Assembly: GCA_963755915.1 (NCBI GenBank)
Contig: CAVWLP010000002.1
Coordinates: 2,816,001-2,880,000, forward strand
Source: an uncultured Phycisphaerales bacterium
Lineage (GTDB): Bacteria; Planctomycetota; Phycisphaerae; Tepidisphaerales; Tepidisphaeraceae
Direction: 5' to 3'
Length of the DNA: 64,000 nt
Below are positions 1-9,446 of the stretch, piece after piece (the first letter of the stretch is position 1; every line of letters begins with the position of its first letter). The translations under genes were made by a program, and so were the position numbers. The notes below the pieces were generated by a model, which saw only the letters and a list, made by a program, of their open reading frames with translations, searched no databases and had not been told where the DNA came from.

Positions 1-993
1 TTTTCCGGATCAAAACCCGCCCCGCACAGTCCGGCTGCCGAGACGATCCGTCCCCAGTTCGGGTCGTTTCCATGCATCGCGCACTTCACCAGCGGCGAGT
101 TTGCTATCGCCCGCGCGATGAGCTTGGCATCCTGCCCGCTCCGCGCTCCCCGGACGTCGATGCGAACCACTTTGGTCGCTCCCTCCCCATCGGCCGCGAT
201 CTGATAGGCCAGCGAAGCGCACACTTCCTTCAGCGCCGCCCGGAAGGATTTCGCGAGTGAAGTCGAATCGATGGCCGCCCCTATCCCCGAAGCCATCATC
301 GCCGCGGTATCGTTGGTGCTCATGTGATCGTCGACCGTCACTGCGTTGAAACTTTGCTCCGACGCCTCGGCCAGCATGGCCCGCAGCAGCGGTGGGGGGA
401 TCACCGCGTCGGTTGTGAGGTACGCCAGCATGGTCGCGTGCAGCGCCAGCCGCGGCCCGATCATTCCCGAACCTTTGCACACGCCGGCGATCGTCACCCA
501 CTCCTTCCCCACGCGATATCGTGCGGCCGCCGATTTTCGTTTCAGGTCCGTGGTAAGAATCGCCCGCTCAAACCGCTCGGAATGCCCCGCCGATCGCCCC
601 AGATCTTTGGCCGCAGCGGCGATCCCTCGCTCAATTTTCGCCATCGGAAGAAGATGTCCAATAATCCCTGTCGATGACGGCAGCACTTCACTGCTCTTGC
701 ACCCCAGCCCTGCCGCCGCCAACTCGCACATCCGCAGCGCATCCCGCTCTCCCTGCTTCCCGGTGCAGGCGTTGGCGTTTCCGGAATTCACCACCACCGC
801 GCAATTTTCCGGGAGCCACGTGCCGTCGGCCGATCTTGATCGGCGCCGCAAACACTTTGTTGGTTGTAAAGACCGCCGCCGCGGCCGTCAGCGCATCGCA
901 CGCCAGGATCCCGACATCCGGCTGCCCATTGGTTTTGATCCCCGCCCGCGCCGCCCCAGCCAAAAATCCGCGCGGTGATAACAAATGCAGCAT
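1..993 (-). CDS. argJ: Bifunctional ornithine acetyltransferase/N-acetylglutamate synthase (runs off the window; split by frameshifts)
   Basis: The N-terminus SPRGFLAGAARAGIK...AAVFTTNKVFAAP is typical of ArgJ. Other frames continue with NSGNANACTG, PSSTGIIG, KGSGMIGP, VDDHMSTNDT and IARDGEG. Confidence 0.9.
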
Positions 994-1039
994 CTAACCT
1001 TCCCTTTCTAAATCCCGTCTATCGAAATCAAAAAAAGAG

Positions 1040-1114
1040 TTTTCGCGCAGGAGCGCTGAGGCGCAGAGAATAAGAAACTCTCTTTCTCTGCGCCTCAGCG
1101 CCTCAGCGCGAAAA
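1040..1114. repeat. Family-A REP-like palindrome (9-nt-periodic GCGCWGAGG arms)
   Basis: TTTTCGCGCAGGAGCGCTGAGGCGCAGAGAA ... TTCTCTGCGCCTCAGCGCCTCAGCGCGAAAA, an intergenic inverted repeat. Confidence 0.85.
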
Positions 1115-1159
1115 ACGCCTTTTCCATGACCAGGATTTTAGCGGGGGAGCATTAAACTT

Positions 1160-1768
1160 TCATTCAGCGGCCGACTTGTCTTCGCGCTTCGCCCAGAATT
1201 TCGCGCGCTTCCTGCGGATTTCCTCCGGCACGGGATTGCCCCGGATATACCCCGCCGTCTCGTGCAGCAGGCGGAAGAACGAAACGAAGTCTTCCCCATA
1301 AATAAACAGCCGGATTTTGCGCACTTCACCCGTTGCCTTGTCGCGCTTGCCTTCCGTCAGCACCAGCAGATGGTTCCCGTTAGAAAGCTCCTTCACCTGT
1401 GCCGCATACGTCCGTGGCCCCACCGAATGAAAATACTTCTGAAACAAAATCTTCGGCTCCGCCTTTTCGGCATCGGAGTGGTTTGCCCCATTCGCCGGCT
1501 TCCCCGCCACCCTCGGCGCACCCTTCACGGCAACCGACGCATTTACATTCACGCGCCCGTTCACCCGCACCGGCCAGCCCATTGGCTCGACCGTTTGATT
1601 GCCCATTCGAATGGCCGCCATTCGAGCGGCCGCCATTCGAGTGTCCATTGCCCGAATGCCCCCCGTTCGCGTGTCCATTGCCCCGTCCGACAACGATGCT
1701 TGGCCGAACAACATTCGATGCGGTGGCGCTTGGGCGAGGGGCGCTGGGCCGGACAAAGCCCTTGCCAT
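1160..1768 (-). CDS. DUF3276/PUR-like nucleic-acid-binding protein with a low-complexity N-terminus (start uncertain, probable frameshift)
   Basis: The C-terminal ILFQKYFHSVGPRTYAAQVKELSNGNHLLVLTEGKR...IRLFIYGEDFVSFFRLL resembles the PUR/DUF3276 pattern. There are 15-bp tandem repeats at about 1600-1685. Confidence 0.5.
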   Translation of the reverse strand: MARALSGPAPLAQAPPHRMLFGQASLSDGAMDTRTGGIRAMDTRMAAARMAAIRMGNQTVEPMGWPVRVNGRVNVNASVAVKGAPRVAGKPANGANHSDAEKAEPKILFQKYFHSVGPRTYAAQVKELSNGNHLLVLTEGKRDKATGEVRKIRLFIYGEDFVSFFRLLHETAGYIRGNPVPEEIRRKRAKFWAKREDKSAAE

Positions 1769-1983
1769 TGCGCAGTACCAGACGTGCGGATTTGTGTAGC
1801 CACGCGGTCTCCTTTACTTATTAAACGCCTTATGGGCAAGAAAGTTGCACGAAACTACCGCACTCGCCCGCCCGCTCGTTTTCAGCCCAATTCTCTTCCC
1901 ACCCAACGCCCTTTGCCCAACATCAACGTCGATTGCCTGATGCCCGATCCCCGACGCCACAGTACCCAATGCCCGACGCCCGG

Positions 1984-2601
1984 TCAGTTATTGTAGCTTC
2001 GCAATACCCCGATCACGACGCCCTGAATCCGGCATCGCTCGGCATCCACGATCCTTGGCTCCATGCTGCTGTTCGCCGGCTGCAGCCGGATCTTTCCGCC
2101 TCCCTCGCGGTAAAACCGTTTCAGCGTCGCCTCGCCCGTATCCAGCAGCGCCACCACCTGCTCGCCGTTCCGCGCCGATTCCCTTCTTTCAATCACCACG
2201 TAATCCCCGTCGCAGAGATGATCGTCGATCATCGAATCCCCGCGCACGCGCAGCACATATACCCCGGCCCGCGAATGAAACATCCGCTCCAGGTCGATCT
2301 CCTCGCGATTCTCAATCGCCTCGATCGGCGACCCCGCGGCAATGTTCCCCAGCATCGGCAGCTTCGTGGAGCGATTCTCGTCCGGCAGCTTCTCTTCCGA
2401 CACAATCTCCAGCGACCGCGCCTTGTGCTTATCCCTCCGCAAAACCCGCTTGCGCTCCAGCGCACCGACGTGCTCGAAGATCGTCACCTTGCTCGTCCCG
2501 AGCTGATCCGCAAGCTCCTGCATCGTGGGCGCATACCCGTTCAAATGCCGGTAATTCCGAATCGCCACCACCACATCTAGCTGCCTGGGCGTGAGGTTCA
2601 T
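1984..2601 (-). CDS. lexA: LexA repressor
   Basis: wHTH LTPRQ...GYAPTMQELA, Ala-Gly cleavage site IAAG, catalytic Ser in RVRGDSM and catalytic Lys in TLK. Confidence 0.95.
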   Translation of the reverse strand: MNLTPRQLDVVVAIRNYRHLNGYAPTMQELADQLGTSKVTIFEHVGALERKRVLRRDKHKARSLEIVSEEKLPDENRSTKLPMLGNIAAGSPIEAIENREEIDLERMFHSRAGVYVLRVRGDSMIDDHLCDGDYVVIERRESARNGEQVVALLDTGEATLKRFYREGGGKIRLQPANSSMEPRIVDAERCRIQGVVIGVLRSYNN

Positions 2602-2690
2602 AAAAAAATCCGACCCTTCCCCAGCCGTTTGTTCGGCCAGTGTATGGGCGGACATTAACCTAACATTTTGGGGATGTCAAGAGGGAGCAG

Positions 2691-2795
2691 ATTTCCGATT
2701 TCCGATTTCCAATTGCCGATTGGAAAGGCCGGTGTGAAAGGTGCGAAAGGTGTGAAAGGTAAGAGCGCCGCACATTCGCACCTTTCACATCTTCC
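2691..2795. repeat. Short-period tandem repeats (7-mer ATTTCCG; 9-mer GTGTGAAAG with an inverted partner)
   Basis: ATTTCCG/ATTGCCG units at 2691-2722; three GTGYGAAAG units at about 2732-2758 followed by CACATTCGCACCTTTCACATC. Confidence 0.75.
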
Positions 2796-2844
2796 CCTTC
2801 GTTCCCCAATTGATTCGCCGCCCCATATCTCCGATTATCCCTCC

Positions 2845-3851
2845 ATGCGCCACACCATCGTTCTCATCCCCGGCGACGGCATCGGGCCCGAAGTCACCCG
2901 CGCCACCTGCCGCGTACTCGAAGCTGCCGGCTTCTCCGTCAACTGGCTGGAAATGCCCGCGGGGGCAAGCGCCCTCGAGCAGGGCCATGACAACGTTCTC
3001 CCCGAGCAAACGACTTCCGCCATCACCACCCACAAAATCGCCCTCAAGGGCCCGGTGACCACTCCGGTCGGCAAGGGGTTCAAATCCGTCAACGTTCAGC
3101 TCCGCCAGAAGCTCGGCCTCTACGCTGCCGTTCGACCGGTCCGCAATCTCCCGGGAATCAAAACCCGCTACGAAGGCGTCGACATGGTCATCGTCCGCGA
3201 AAACACCGAGGGCCTCTACAGCGGGATCGAAAACGAAGTCGTCCCCGGCGTCGTCACCAGCATGAAAGTCGCGTCGCGCATGGCCTGCACCCGCATCGCA
3301 CGCTACGCCTTCCGCTACGCCACCCGCCGCCACCGCAAAACCATCACCGTCTTTCACAAGGCCAACATCATGAAGATGTCCGACGGCCTCTTCCTCGAAT
3401 GCGCCCGCCAGATCCAGCAGGAGGAATATCCCAACATCGAATACTCCGAGCTGATCATCGACGCCGGCTGCATGAAGCTCGTCCAGGACCCCGCCCGCTT
3501 CGACGTCCTGCTGATGGAAAATCTCTACGGCGATCTCGTCTCCGACCTGTGCGCCGGACTGGTAGGGGGGCTCGGCGTCGTCCCCGGCTCCAACATCGGC
3601 GACAACGCCGCCGTCTTCGAAGCCGTCCACGGCTCCGCTCCCGACATCGCCGGCAAAGGCATCGCCAACCCACTGGCCCTGATCATGTCCGGCGTCATGA
3701 TGCTCAACCACATCGGCGAAACCGCCATCGCCGAAAAGATCAAACACGCCTATGACGCCGTCCTCGCCGAGGGAAAAATCTCACCCCTGACCTCAAGGGT
3801 TCGGCGACCACAGACGGTTTTGCCGACGCCATCATCGCCAAACTGGCCTGA
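2845..3851 (+). CDS. Isocitrate/isopropylmalate dehydrogenase family protein (NAD-IDH-like; frameshift near 3778)
   Basis: Motifs IPGDGIGPEV, RENTEGLY, HKANIMK, NLYGD and FEAVHGSAPDIAG. The natural end LTPDLKGSATTDGFADAIIAKLA* lies in a shifted frame, with TGA at 3849-3851. Confidence 0.9.
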
Positions 3852-3927
3852 TAACCTCTGCTCAGCAACTTCGCGATTCAGCCCCCCCCGGTTTCAGCCG
3901 ATAACTCTCGGACGGGACTGGTGCACC

Positions 3928-4353
3928 ATGAAATTCACCGAAGCAAAGTTCGCCGAAACCGTCGAACTCCTGCACGCCTCTGGCGGCGCCAAGTCTGGCA
4001 AAGACAAACGCCGCGCCGAACGCAAAGACGTCCGCCTCACCGTCCCCATTAAACTCAGCAAAAGCGACAATTCCCCCTGGATCAATGTTCAGCTCCGCGA
4101 TGTTTCCTCCCGTGGCATCCGATTCTGCGCACCCCAGCCAATCGGCATCGACGACAATTTCCTTCTCCGCCTCCCCGGCGCCAAGGGAAAAAATTCCTTC
4201 ACAACTCTCATCTGTCGCGTCGCCAACTGCCGGCCCGACAAGGACGACCAGTTCATGATCGGCGCCGAATTCATTGGCCAGGACACAAATCAGCTTTCCC
4301 CCGCCGAAGAACAGAAGGAACTGGAGCGCATCCGCCGCTGGATCCTCGGCTAG
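3928..4353 (+). CDS. PilZ-domain protein
   Basis: ATG at 3928; RRAER (RxxxR) and RDVSSRG (DxSxxG) c-di-GMP-binding motifs; ends in GAEF. Confidence 0.85.
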   Translation: MKFTEAKFAETVELLHASGGAKSGKDKRRAERKDVRLTVPIKLSKSDNSPWINVQLRDVSSRGIRFCAPQPIGIDDNFLLRLPGAKGKNSFTTLICRVANCRPDKDDQFMIGAEFIGQDTNQLSPAEEQKELERIRRWILG

Positions 4354-7027
4354 TTTTTCCCGTTATCCACCGCGCCGTCCGTGAAAACCCATACCTTCCC
4401 CCCTCCAGGTCCGCCGCCATTTCCACCAGCACGCGCCGCAGCTTTCCCTCCGCAATCCACCCGCACAGCGGGGCAAGATTGATCTGAATCCCATCGTCCA
4501 CCCACCGCCCCCAACCCCGCGGCAGCTTCTCTCCAATCCGCGCAATCCCCACACGCACTGCCCCCTCGCTCAACGACGAAACCGCCACAATCTTCTCCCC
4601 GCTCGAAAATCCCCAAACCACCGGCCGATTGCGATACGTGGCATTGTGCCAGGCGAGAAAATCCCGTGAGAGAAACTTCTCCAGCCCGCCAACCGCGGCA
4701 GTTATCTCCGCCGCCGCCTTTGTTCCCCGCGCTCTTCGAGAATGCTCACAATGTCGCGCCCAACCGCGCATCCATCGGCGAAAGCATCGCCGTCTCCCCC
4801 CGCGACGAACCGCCCCATCTCCCCAGCCAGATCCCAATCGCAAAACTGATCCACCTCGCCGCTCTCTCCCATTTTCCCCCTCTCCCTGTACGCAGGGAGA
4901 GGGCCGGGGTGAGGGCCGTGGATTTGATGTCGTACAATTCCGCCACGATCCCATCAATCCTCTTCTCCGCGTGCGCAATCTTCTCTCGCAGCTCCTCTGA
5001 TTCCTCCCCATCCCACCCTTCCGGCTCCTCAAAATCCGCACTCGTCTCATCAAACCGATCCAGCCTCTTAGTCCACTCGATCGCCGCTTTCACCTCCGCC
5101 CTCAACTCATCCGGAAAATCCCCTGGCACTGGAAGCTGCCGCAAATCCCCCACCTGAAAATTCACCGTCGGATTGATCGCCTTCAATAACTCTCCCGCCA
5201 CCGACGAATTCAGCACCCCCAGCATCGCCAGCGAGTCCCGCGGAAACAGCGCCGACCCCGCCACGTCAAAAATCGTTCCTTTTTCCATCTGCCGGGCGCT
5301 GAATCGCCCGCTCGTCAGATACGAATAGGTAATCCCCTCTTTTCCATACCACGCGCTGTTTTTCGCGACCCATTGCCAATCCCCGTTGAGATACGGATAC
5401 CGCTCGACGATGGACGCCTTGATCTCCCGCCCATCCTCTCCCCAGTTCACCCTATGCCGCGCCGACTCATACCACCTGCGAAACCTCCCCGCCTTCGCAT
5501 ACGGCACCCACTTATTCCTCTCCCCGCAAAACCCCGGTTCCTCGATTTCCCACCAATACCTCACAAACCGCGCATTATCCGTCGTCGCCAACCCCTGCCG
5601 CGGCGGCGCAATCTCCCCCAATTTCGGCAACGTCTCAAACGCCCGTCTCACTGCCGGCGAAATCCAATACATCCAAGCCCCGCGCGGCATCGCCGCCAGT
5701 TCGGCCTGTTCCAGTATGAAAACATTTTCCCTTGTGCGTCTCTCCGTCTTTCCCCCGCCCCCGGTACTCCGGGGGAGGGCAGGGGAGGGGGTTCGGCGCA
5801 TGTGATTTTCGCTCCCGATCATTTCCTCGAGCGCATCACATTTCTCTTCCTCATCCACCACCCGATAAAACCTCCCCGCCGATTCCTCGCACGGCTTCCT
5901 CCTCAACACCACCGCCGCCGTCTGAAGCGTCCCTGGATTCCCAACCGCAAAAAGCCCCGGCCCAAAATGCGCCACCGTCTCGACCATCCCCCCCTCGGCA
6001 ATCTCCCTTCTCATCCTCTCAAACGCAGCCGTGAACATGAACGACTGCATCGTCAAAATCCCCGCCCGCCCCCCCGGCCCCAGCATCTCCATCGCCCGCA
6101 AAATGAAACAGCTATATAAATCCCGCCACCCCGCGGGATATCGCTTCTTGAGCCGTTTCACCACCGCGGGATCCAGATTCCGCGCCGACAGATACGGCGG
6201 ATTTGTCACCACCACGTCAAACTTCTCCGCCACGTCGCCAAACAGTGCATCGCCCACAACCAGCCGATGCTCCCGAATCGGCCTCCCAATCTTTATCTCC
6301 AGGCTCTTTCTTCCCAGCTCGACAGCCACCGGATCAATATCAAACCCCACCAGATTATTCCGCACGATCGACACATCGATATCTCCCCTGAATCCCTCCT
6401 CCCGATACATCTCCCGCAGCATCTCCAGCGCCACCAGCCCGAAATTCATGGTCCCACAAGCCGGATCGCAAATGCGAATATCCGCAACGCTCTTTGCCTT
6501 TTCTTGGCATCTTGGCGTCTTGGCGGTAAAAAATTCTTTGAACCGCCAAGACGCCAAGAGCGCAAAGAAGAGGAATCAATCCACTTCCATTTCTTCACCA
6601 ACCCTGACTCCGGATGCCAATCTAGCCAAAGCTTCCCCAGCGTATTCTGAAGCAAAAACTCCACCACCCATCGCGGCGTAAAGAGTTGTGTCACCGCCGG
6701 AATTTCCGTATCGGAAAACTTCCTCCTCTCCCGCGCCGTCCCCCGATACGCCGCCTCGAGCGCCGGCGCATTGATCGCCTGGTAAATCTGCCCCAGCGCG
6801 TCATCCTCCCGAAGGATCGGCTTCAATTCCGCGATCTCCCCGCAATCCCCACTTCGCATCGCCTCGGCTACAAGATCCAGCAACCCCCGCGCCCGCCACG
6901 CGCGGCAACAACTCCGCCACCACATTGTAAAGCCGACGCCGGTCCACCGTGGAAGGCGCTTATACCGCAAACAGAAATCAAAAAATAGACCCCCATTCAA
7001 ACGAAAAACCGCCGCCACCAGTTTCAT
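4350..7027 (-). CDS. BREX-1 PglX-like (Eco57I-type) N6-adenine DNA methyltransferase; orphan and split across three frames (ends approximate)
   Basis: IPAVTQLFTPRWVVEFLLQNTLGKLW, motif I DPACG, motif IV TNPPY, QGLATTDNARFVRYWWE, INPTVNFQVGD, and C-terminal WHNATYRNRPVVWGFSSG and DDGIQINLAPL, as recalled for PglX. Confidence 0.8.
4876..4915. repeat. Family-B palindrome (CCCTCTCCC..GGGAGAGGG..GGGTGAGGG) inside the methyltransferase gene
   Basis: CCCCCTCTCCCTGTACGCAGGGAGAGGGCCGGGGTGAGGG; translated in frame as ALTPALSLRTGRGG. Confidence 0.85.
5752..5793. repeat. Family-B palindrome inside the methyltransferase gene
   Basis: CCCCCGCCCCCGGTACTCCGGGGGAGGGCAGGGGAGGGGGTT, one mismatch to the intergenic copy at 30637-30678; translated as TPSPALPRSTGGGG. 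Confidence 0.85.
6500..6570. repeat. Family-A-related palindrome (TCTTGGCG units) inside the methyltransferase gene
   Basis: TTCTTGGCATCTTGGCGTCTTGGCGGT ... ACCGCCAAGACGCCAAGAGCGCAAAGAA; close relative at 20050-20134. Confidence 0.85.
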
Positions 7028-7029
7028 TC

Positions 7030-7137
7030 ATTCGAATTTCGAATTTGATTCGTCCGGAGGCGCGGACGCCTCCGGGGCGTATTCGCCGATTACGGTCCGG
7101 AGCCGTCCGGGCTCGAATTTCGGAATTCGAATTTCGC
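7030..7137. repeat. TTCGAAT heptamer array enclosing a ~60-bp element also found at 11619-11680
   Basis: Direct comparison of 7055-7114 with 11619-11680. Confidence 0.8.
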
Positions 7138-7151
7138 GGCTTGCCCGCGCC

Positions 7152-8027
7152 TCACCACTTAATCGCCTCAGGCGCAAACCGCTTGTACTTGCTATGCGGC
7201 GAAAACTCCTCCCCCAGTTGCTCCACCTGCTGCCGATACGCCAAATACGCTTCTCCGCTTGCCCGCGTAAACCCCTGCAATCCGATCACCTGGTAAAAAT
7301 CCGGCCGCCACCCCTTCACGCCGCGCTCGATGGTGCACGCAATCCCATGCTGATTGAGAAAATCCCGCGCCTCCTCGGCCGTCTTCTCATCAAAATAACT
7401 CTGCATCAGAACATAGTGCATATTCACCACGCGCTCCCCCGGTTGCGCCAGGTTCGCCCCCTCAGTCTCACTTGCCGTCTGGCTCGCTTGGGCCACATCC
7501 TCCTGCAACTCCGGCGACGTCCCACCGGAAGGCGTCTGGCCCGAATACGTCTCCTGCGGAAGCTGCATGCTCCTCGGCGTCACCGCCAAAACGTCCGGAT
7601 GCACCGGCCCCGCCTCAATCGCCGCCTCCACCGACCCCGCGTTCAATCTCGGCGCCATATAATGCCGCCCCAAAACAACTCCGCCGATGACAATCCCCGC
7701 CGCCATCGCTCCCGTCGCCACTCCATGAATCCGCGCCAGCCATGCCATCCCGCCGCGCATCGCCCCCGAGCACTTGGCGAAACCTCCCTGCCATGCCGAT
7801 TTCACCCCCGCCCCAAAATCCCCGATCGACTTGCCGATCTTCTCCTTCGGAAACGTCCATGTCTCCGGATCGGAATTCTTCTTCTTCCAAAGATCCGCGG
7901 CCTCTTCCGCCATCTTCGCGGAAAAGCTCGCGCTCGCCTTCGGCGGAGTCTCCGCAGACTTCAGCCCAAACCGTTTGTCCTGATGAATAACTTCAAACAG
8001 CGCAACCGCGCGTTTCCCCTTGGCCAT
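7152..8027 (-). CDS. Membrane-anchored protein with a SPOR-like C-terminal domain
   Basis: One TM segment (GAMAAGIVIGGVVLG), a low-complexity linker and YVLMQSYFDEKTAEEARDFLNQHGI. Confidence 0.5.
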   Translation of the reverse strand: MAKGKRAVALFEVIHQDKRFGLKSAETPPKASASFSAKMAEEAADLWKKKNSDPETWTFPKEKIGKSIGDFGAGVKSAWQGGFAKCSGAMRGGMAWLARIHGVATGAMAAGIVIGGVVLGRHYMAPRLNAGSVEAAIEAGPVHPDVLAVTPRSMQLPQETYSGQTPSGGTSPELQEDVAQASQTASETEGANLAQPGERVVNMHYVLMQSYFDEKTAEEARDFLNQHGIACTIERGVKGWRPDFYQVIGLQGFTRASGEAYLAYRQQVEQLGEEFSPHSKYKRFAPEAIKW

Positions 8028-8215
8028 CCTTGACCATCCTTTCCAGTTACGTCGACGTCAAAATTACGGCCCGCCACACCCGAAATCAAGACGTTAAAAA
8101 AATAAAAAGCTCACGCAGAGGCGCAAAGGCGAAGAGAAATGATTCAACCTGACCTTCCCCACGTTTGGTGGGCGCGGCCTGAAGCCGGATAATCCGGCTG
8201 AAGGAGCGAATTGCC

Positions 8216-8518
8216 ATGGGACGCAAACATTATTCCAGGGAGTTTCAGGACGAAGCCTGCAAACTCGTCACCGATCAAGGCTACACACAAAGGAAAGCGG
8301 CCCAGGAACTGGGCCTTCCGGTGCACATCGTGCATCACTGGATGAAAAAACGTGGACTGATCAAGCCCGCGGCTGAGGAGCCCGCGTTTCCAGACACCAA
8401 CGATCCGACGCTGCTCAAGGCCCGCATCCGCGAGTTGCAAAAGCAATTGCGGCGGGTCGAAACCGAGAAGGAGATTTTAAAAAAAGCGACGGCCTACTTC
8501 GCATGCCAGAACCCATGA
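8216..8518 (+). CDS. IS3 transposase OrfA (HTH)
   Basis: RKHYSREFQDEACKLV...AAQELG...EKEILKKATAYFA. Confidence 0.95.
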   Translation: MGRKHYSREFQDEACKLVTDQGYTQRKAAQELGLPVHIVHHWMKKRGLIKPAAEEPAFPDTNDPTLLKARIRELQKQLRRVETEKEILKKATAYFACQNP

Positions 8519-9375
8519 GATTCGCCTGGATCAAAGAACATCGGGACCCGTTCGATCTGGCCGCATTGTGCGATGCGCTGGAAGTCAGCCGCAGCGGGTA
8601 TTACGCCTGGCTGAAACGTCCAGCCAGCCCGCGGCACAAGCGCCGGGAAGAGCTGACTGAGAAGATCCGCGAGGTTCATGAGGAGAGTCGCTATACCTAC
8701 GGCAGCCCGCGGGTGCACGCGGAGCTGGCGGATCGGCAGGTGAGCGTCTGCGTGAACACGGTGGCGCGTCTGATGAAACAGGCCGGATTGCAATCGCGGA
8801 TTCGCCGGCGATTCGTCGTCCATACCACCGATTCGAATCACGATGAGCCGGTCGCGGCCAATGTGCTGGACCGCCAGTTCGCAACTGAGGCGCCCAACCG
8901 CAAGTGGTGCTGCGACATCACCTACGTTCCGACGGATGAAGGATTCCTATACCTGGCGGCCGTGATCGACCTGTGCAGTCGGAAAATAGTCGGCTGGTCG
9001 ATGGCCGATCATCTGCGAAGTGAGCTGTGTCTGGAAGCGATATCGATGGCGCTGACACATCGCCGACCGGAGCGAGGTTTGCTGCACCACTCCGATCGCG
9101 GTGTCCAATACGCCTGCGAGACTTATCGACAGATGCTGGCGGAGCATGGGATGGAGCGGAGCATGAGCCGCACCGGCAATTGCTACGACAACGCGGTGAT
9201 GGAGAGCTTTTTCAGCACGCTGAAGACGGAGCTCATTTATCACGAGCACTACGCAACGCAAGCGGAGGCTCGGCGTTCGATCTTTGAGTACATTGAAGTG
9301 TTTTACAATCGCCAGAGACGTCACTCGGCGATAGGCTACCAAAGCCCCGAAGCGTTCGAGGCCAGCCTGAACTGA
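8515..9375 (+). CDS. IS3 transposase OrfB (DDE/rve core)
   Basis: WCCDITY, HHSDRGVQY, GNCYDNAVMESFFSTLKTE, FYNRQRRHSAIGY. Confidence 0.97.
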   Translation: MRFAWIKEHRDPFDLAALCDALEVSRSGYYAWLKRPASPRHKRREELTEKIREVHEESRYTYGSPRVHAELADRQVSVCVNTVARLMKQAGLQSRIRRRFVVHTTDSNHDEPVAANVLDRQFATEAPNRKWCCDITYVPTDEGFLYLAAVIDLCSRKIVGWSMADHLRSELCLEAISMALTHRRPERGLLHHSDRGVQYACETYRQMLAEHGMERSMSRTGNCYDNAVMESFFSTLKTELIYHEHYATQAEARRSIFEYIEVFYNRQRRHSAIGYQSPEAFEASLN

Positions 9376-9446
9376 CGATTTGGCCGCGCCCACCGAACGT
9401 GGGGAAGGTCAACCTCTGCGCCTTTGCGCTCTGCGTGAGATTCTCT

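Larger units (their letters stand above)
8150..9411 (+). mobile_element. IS3-family insertion sequence, 1262 bp, intact
   Basis: TG...CA ends; 30-bp inverted repeats with one mismatch (8150-8179 and 9382-9411); 3-bp target duplication ACC (8147-8149 and 9412-9414); orfA/orfB with an A7G slippery site at 8479-8486. Confidence 0.97.

Noticed and set aside
2668-4353. Apparent dehydrogenase-PilZ fusion (561 aa)
   Set aside because: A one-base shift near the A-run at about 3774-3778 hides the normal dehydrogenase C-terminus and stop (3851). PilZ has its own ATG at 3928.
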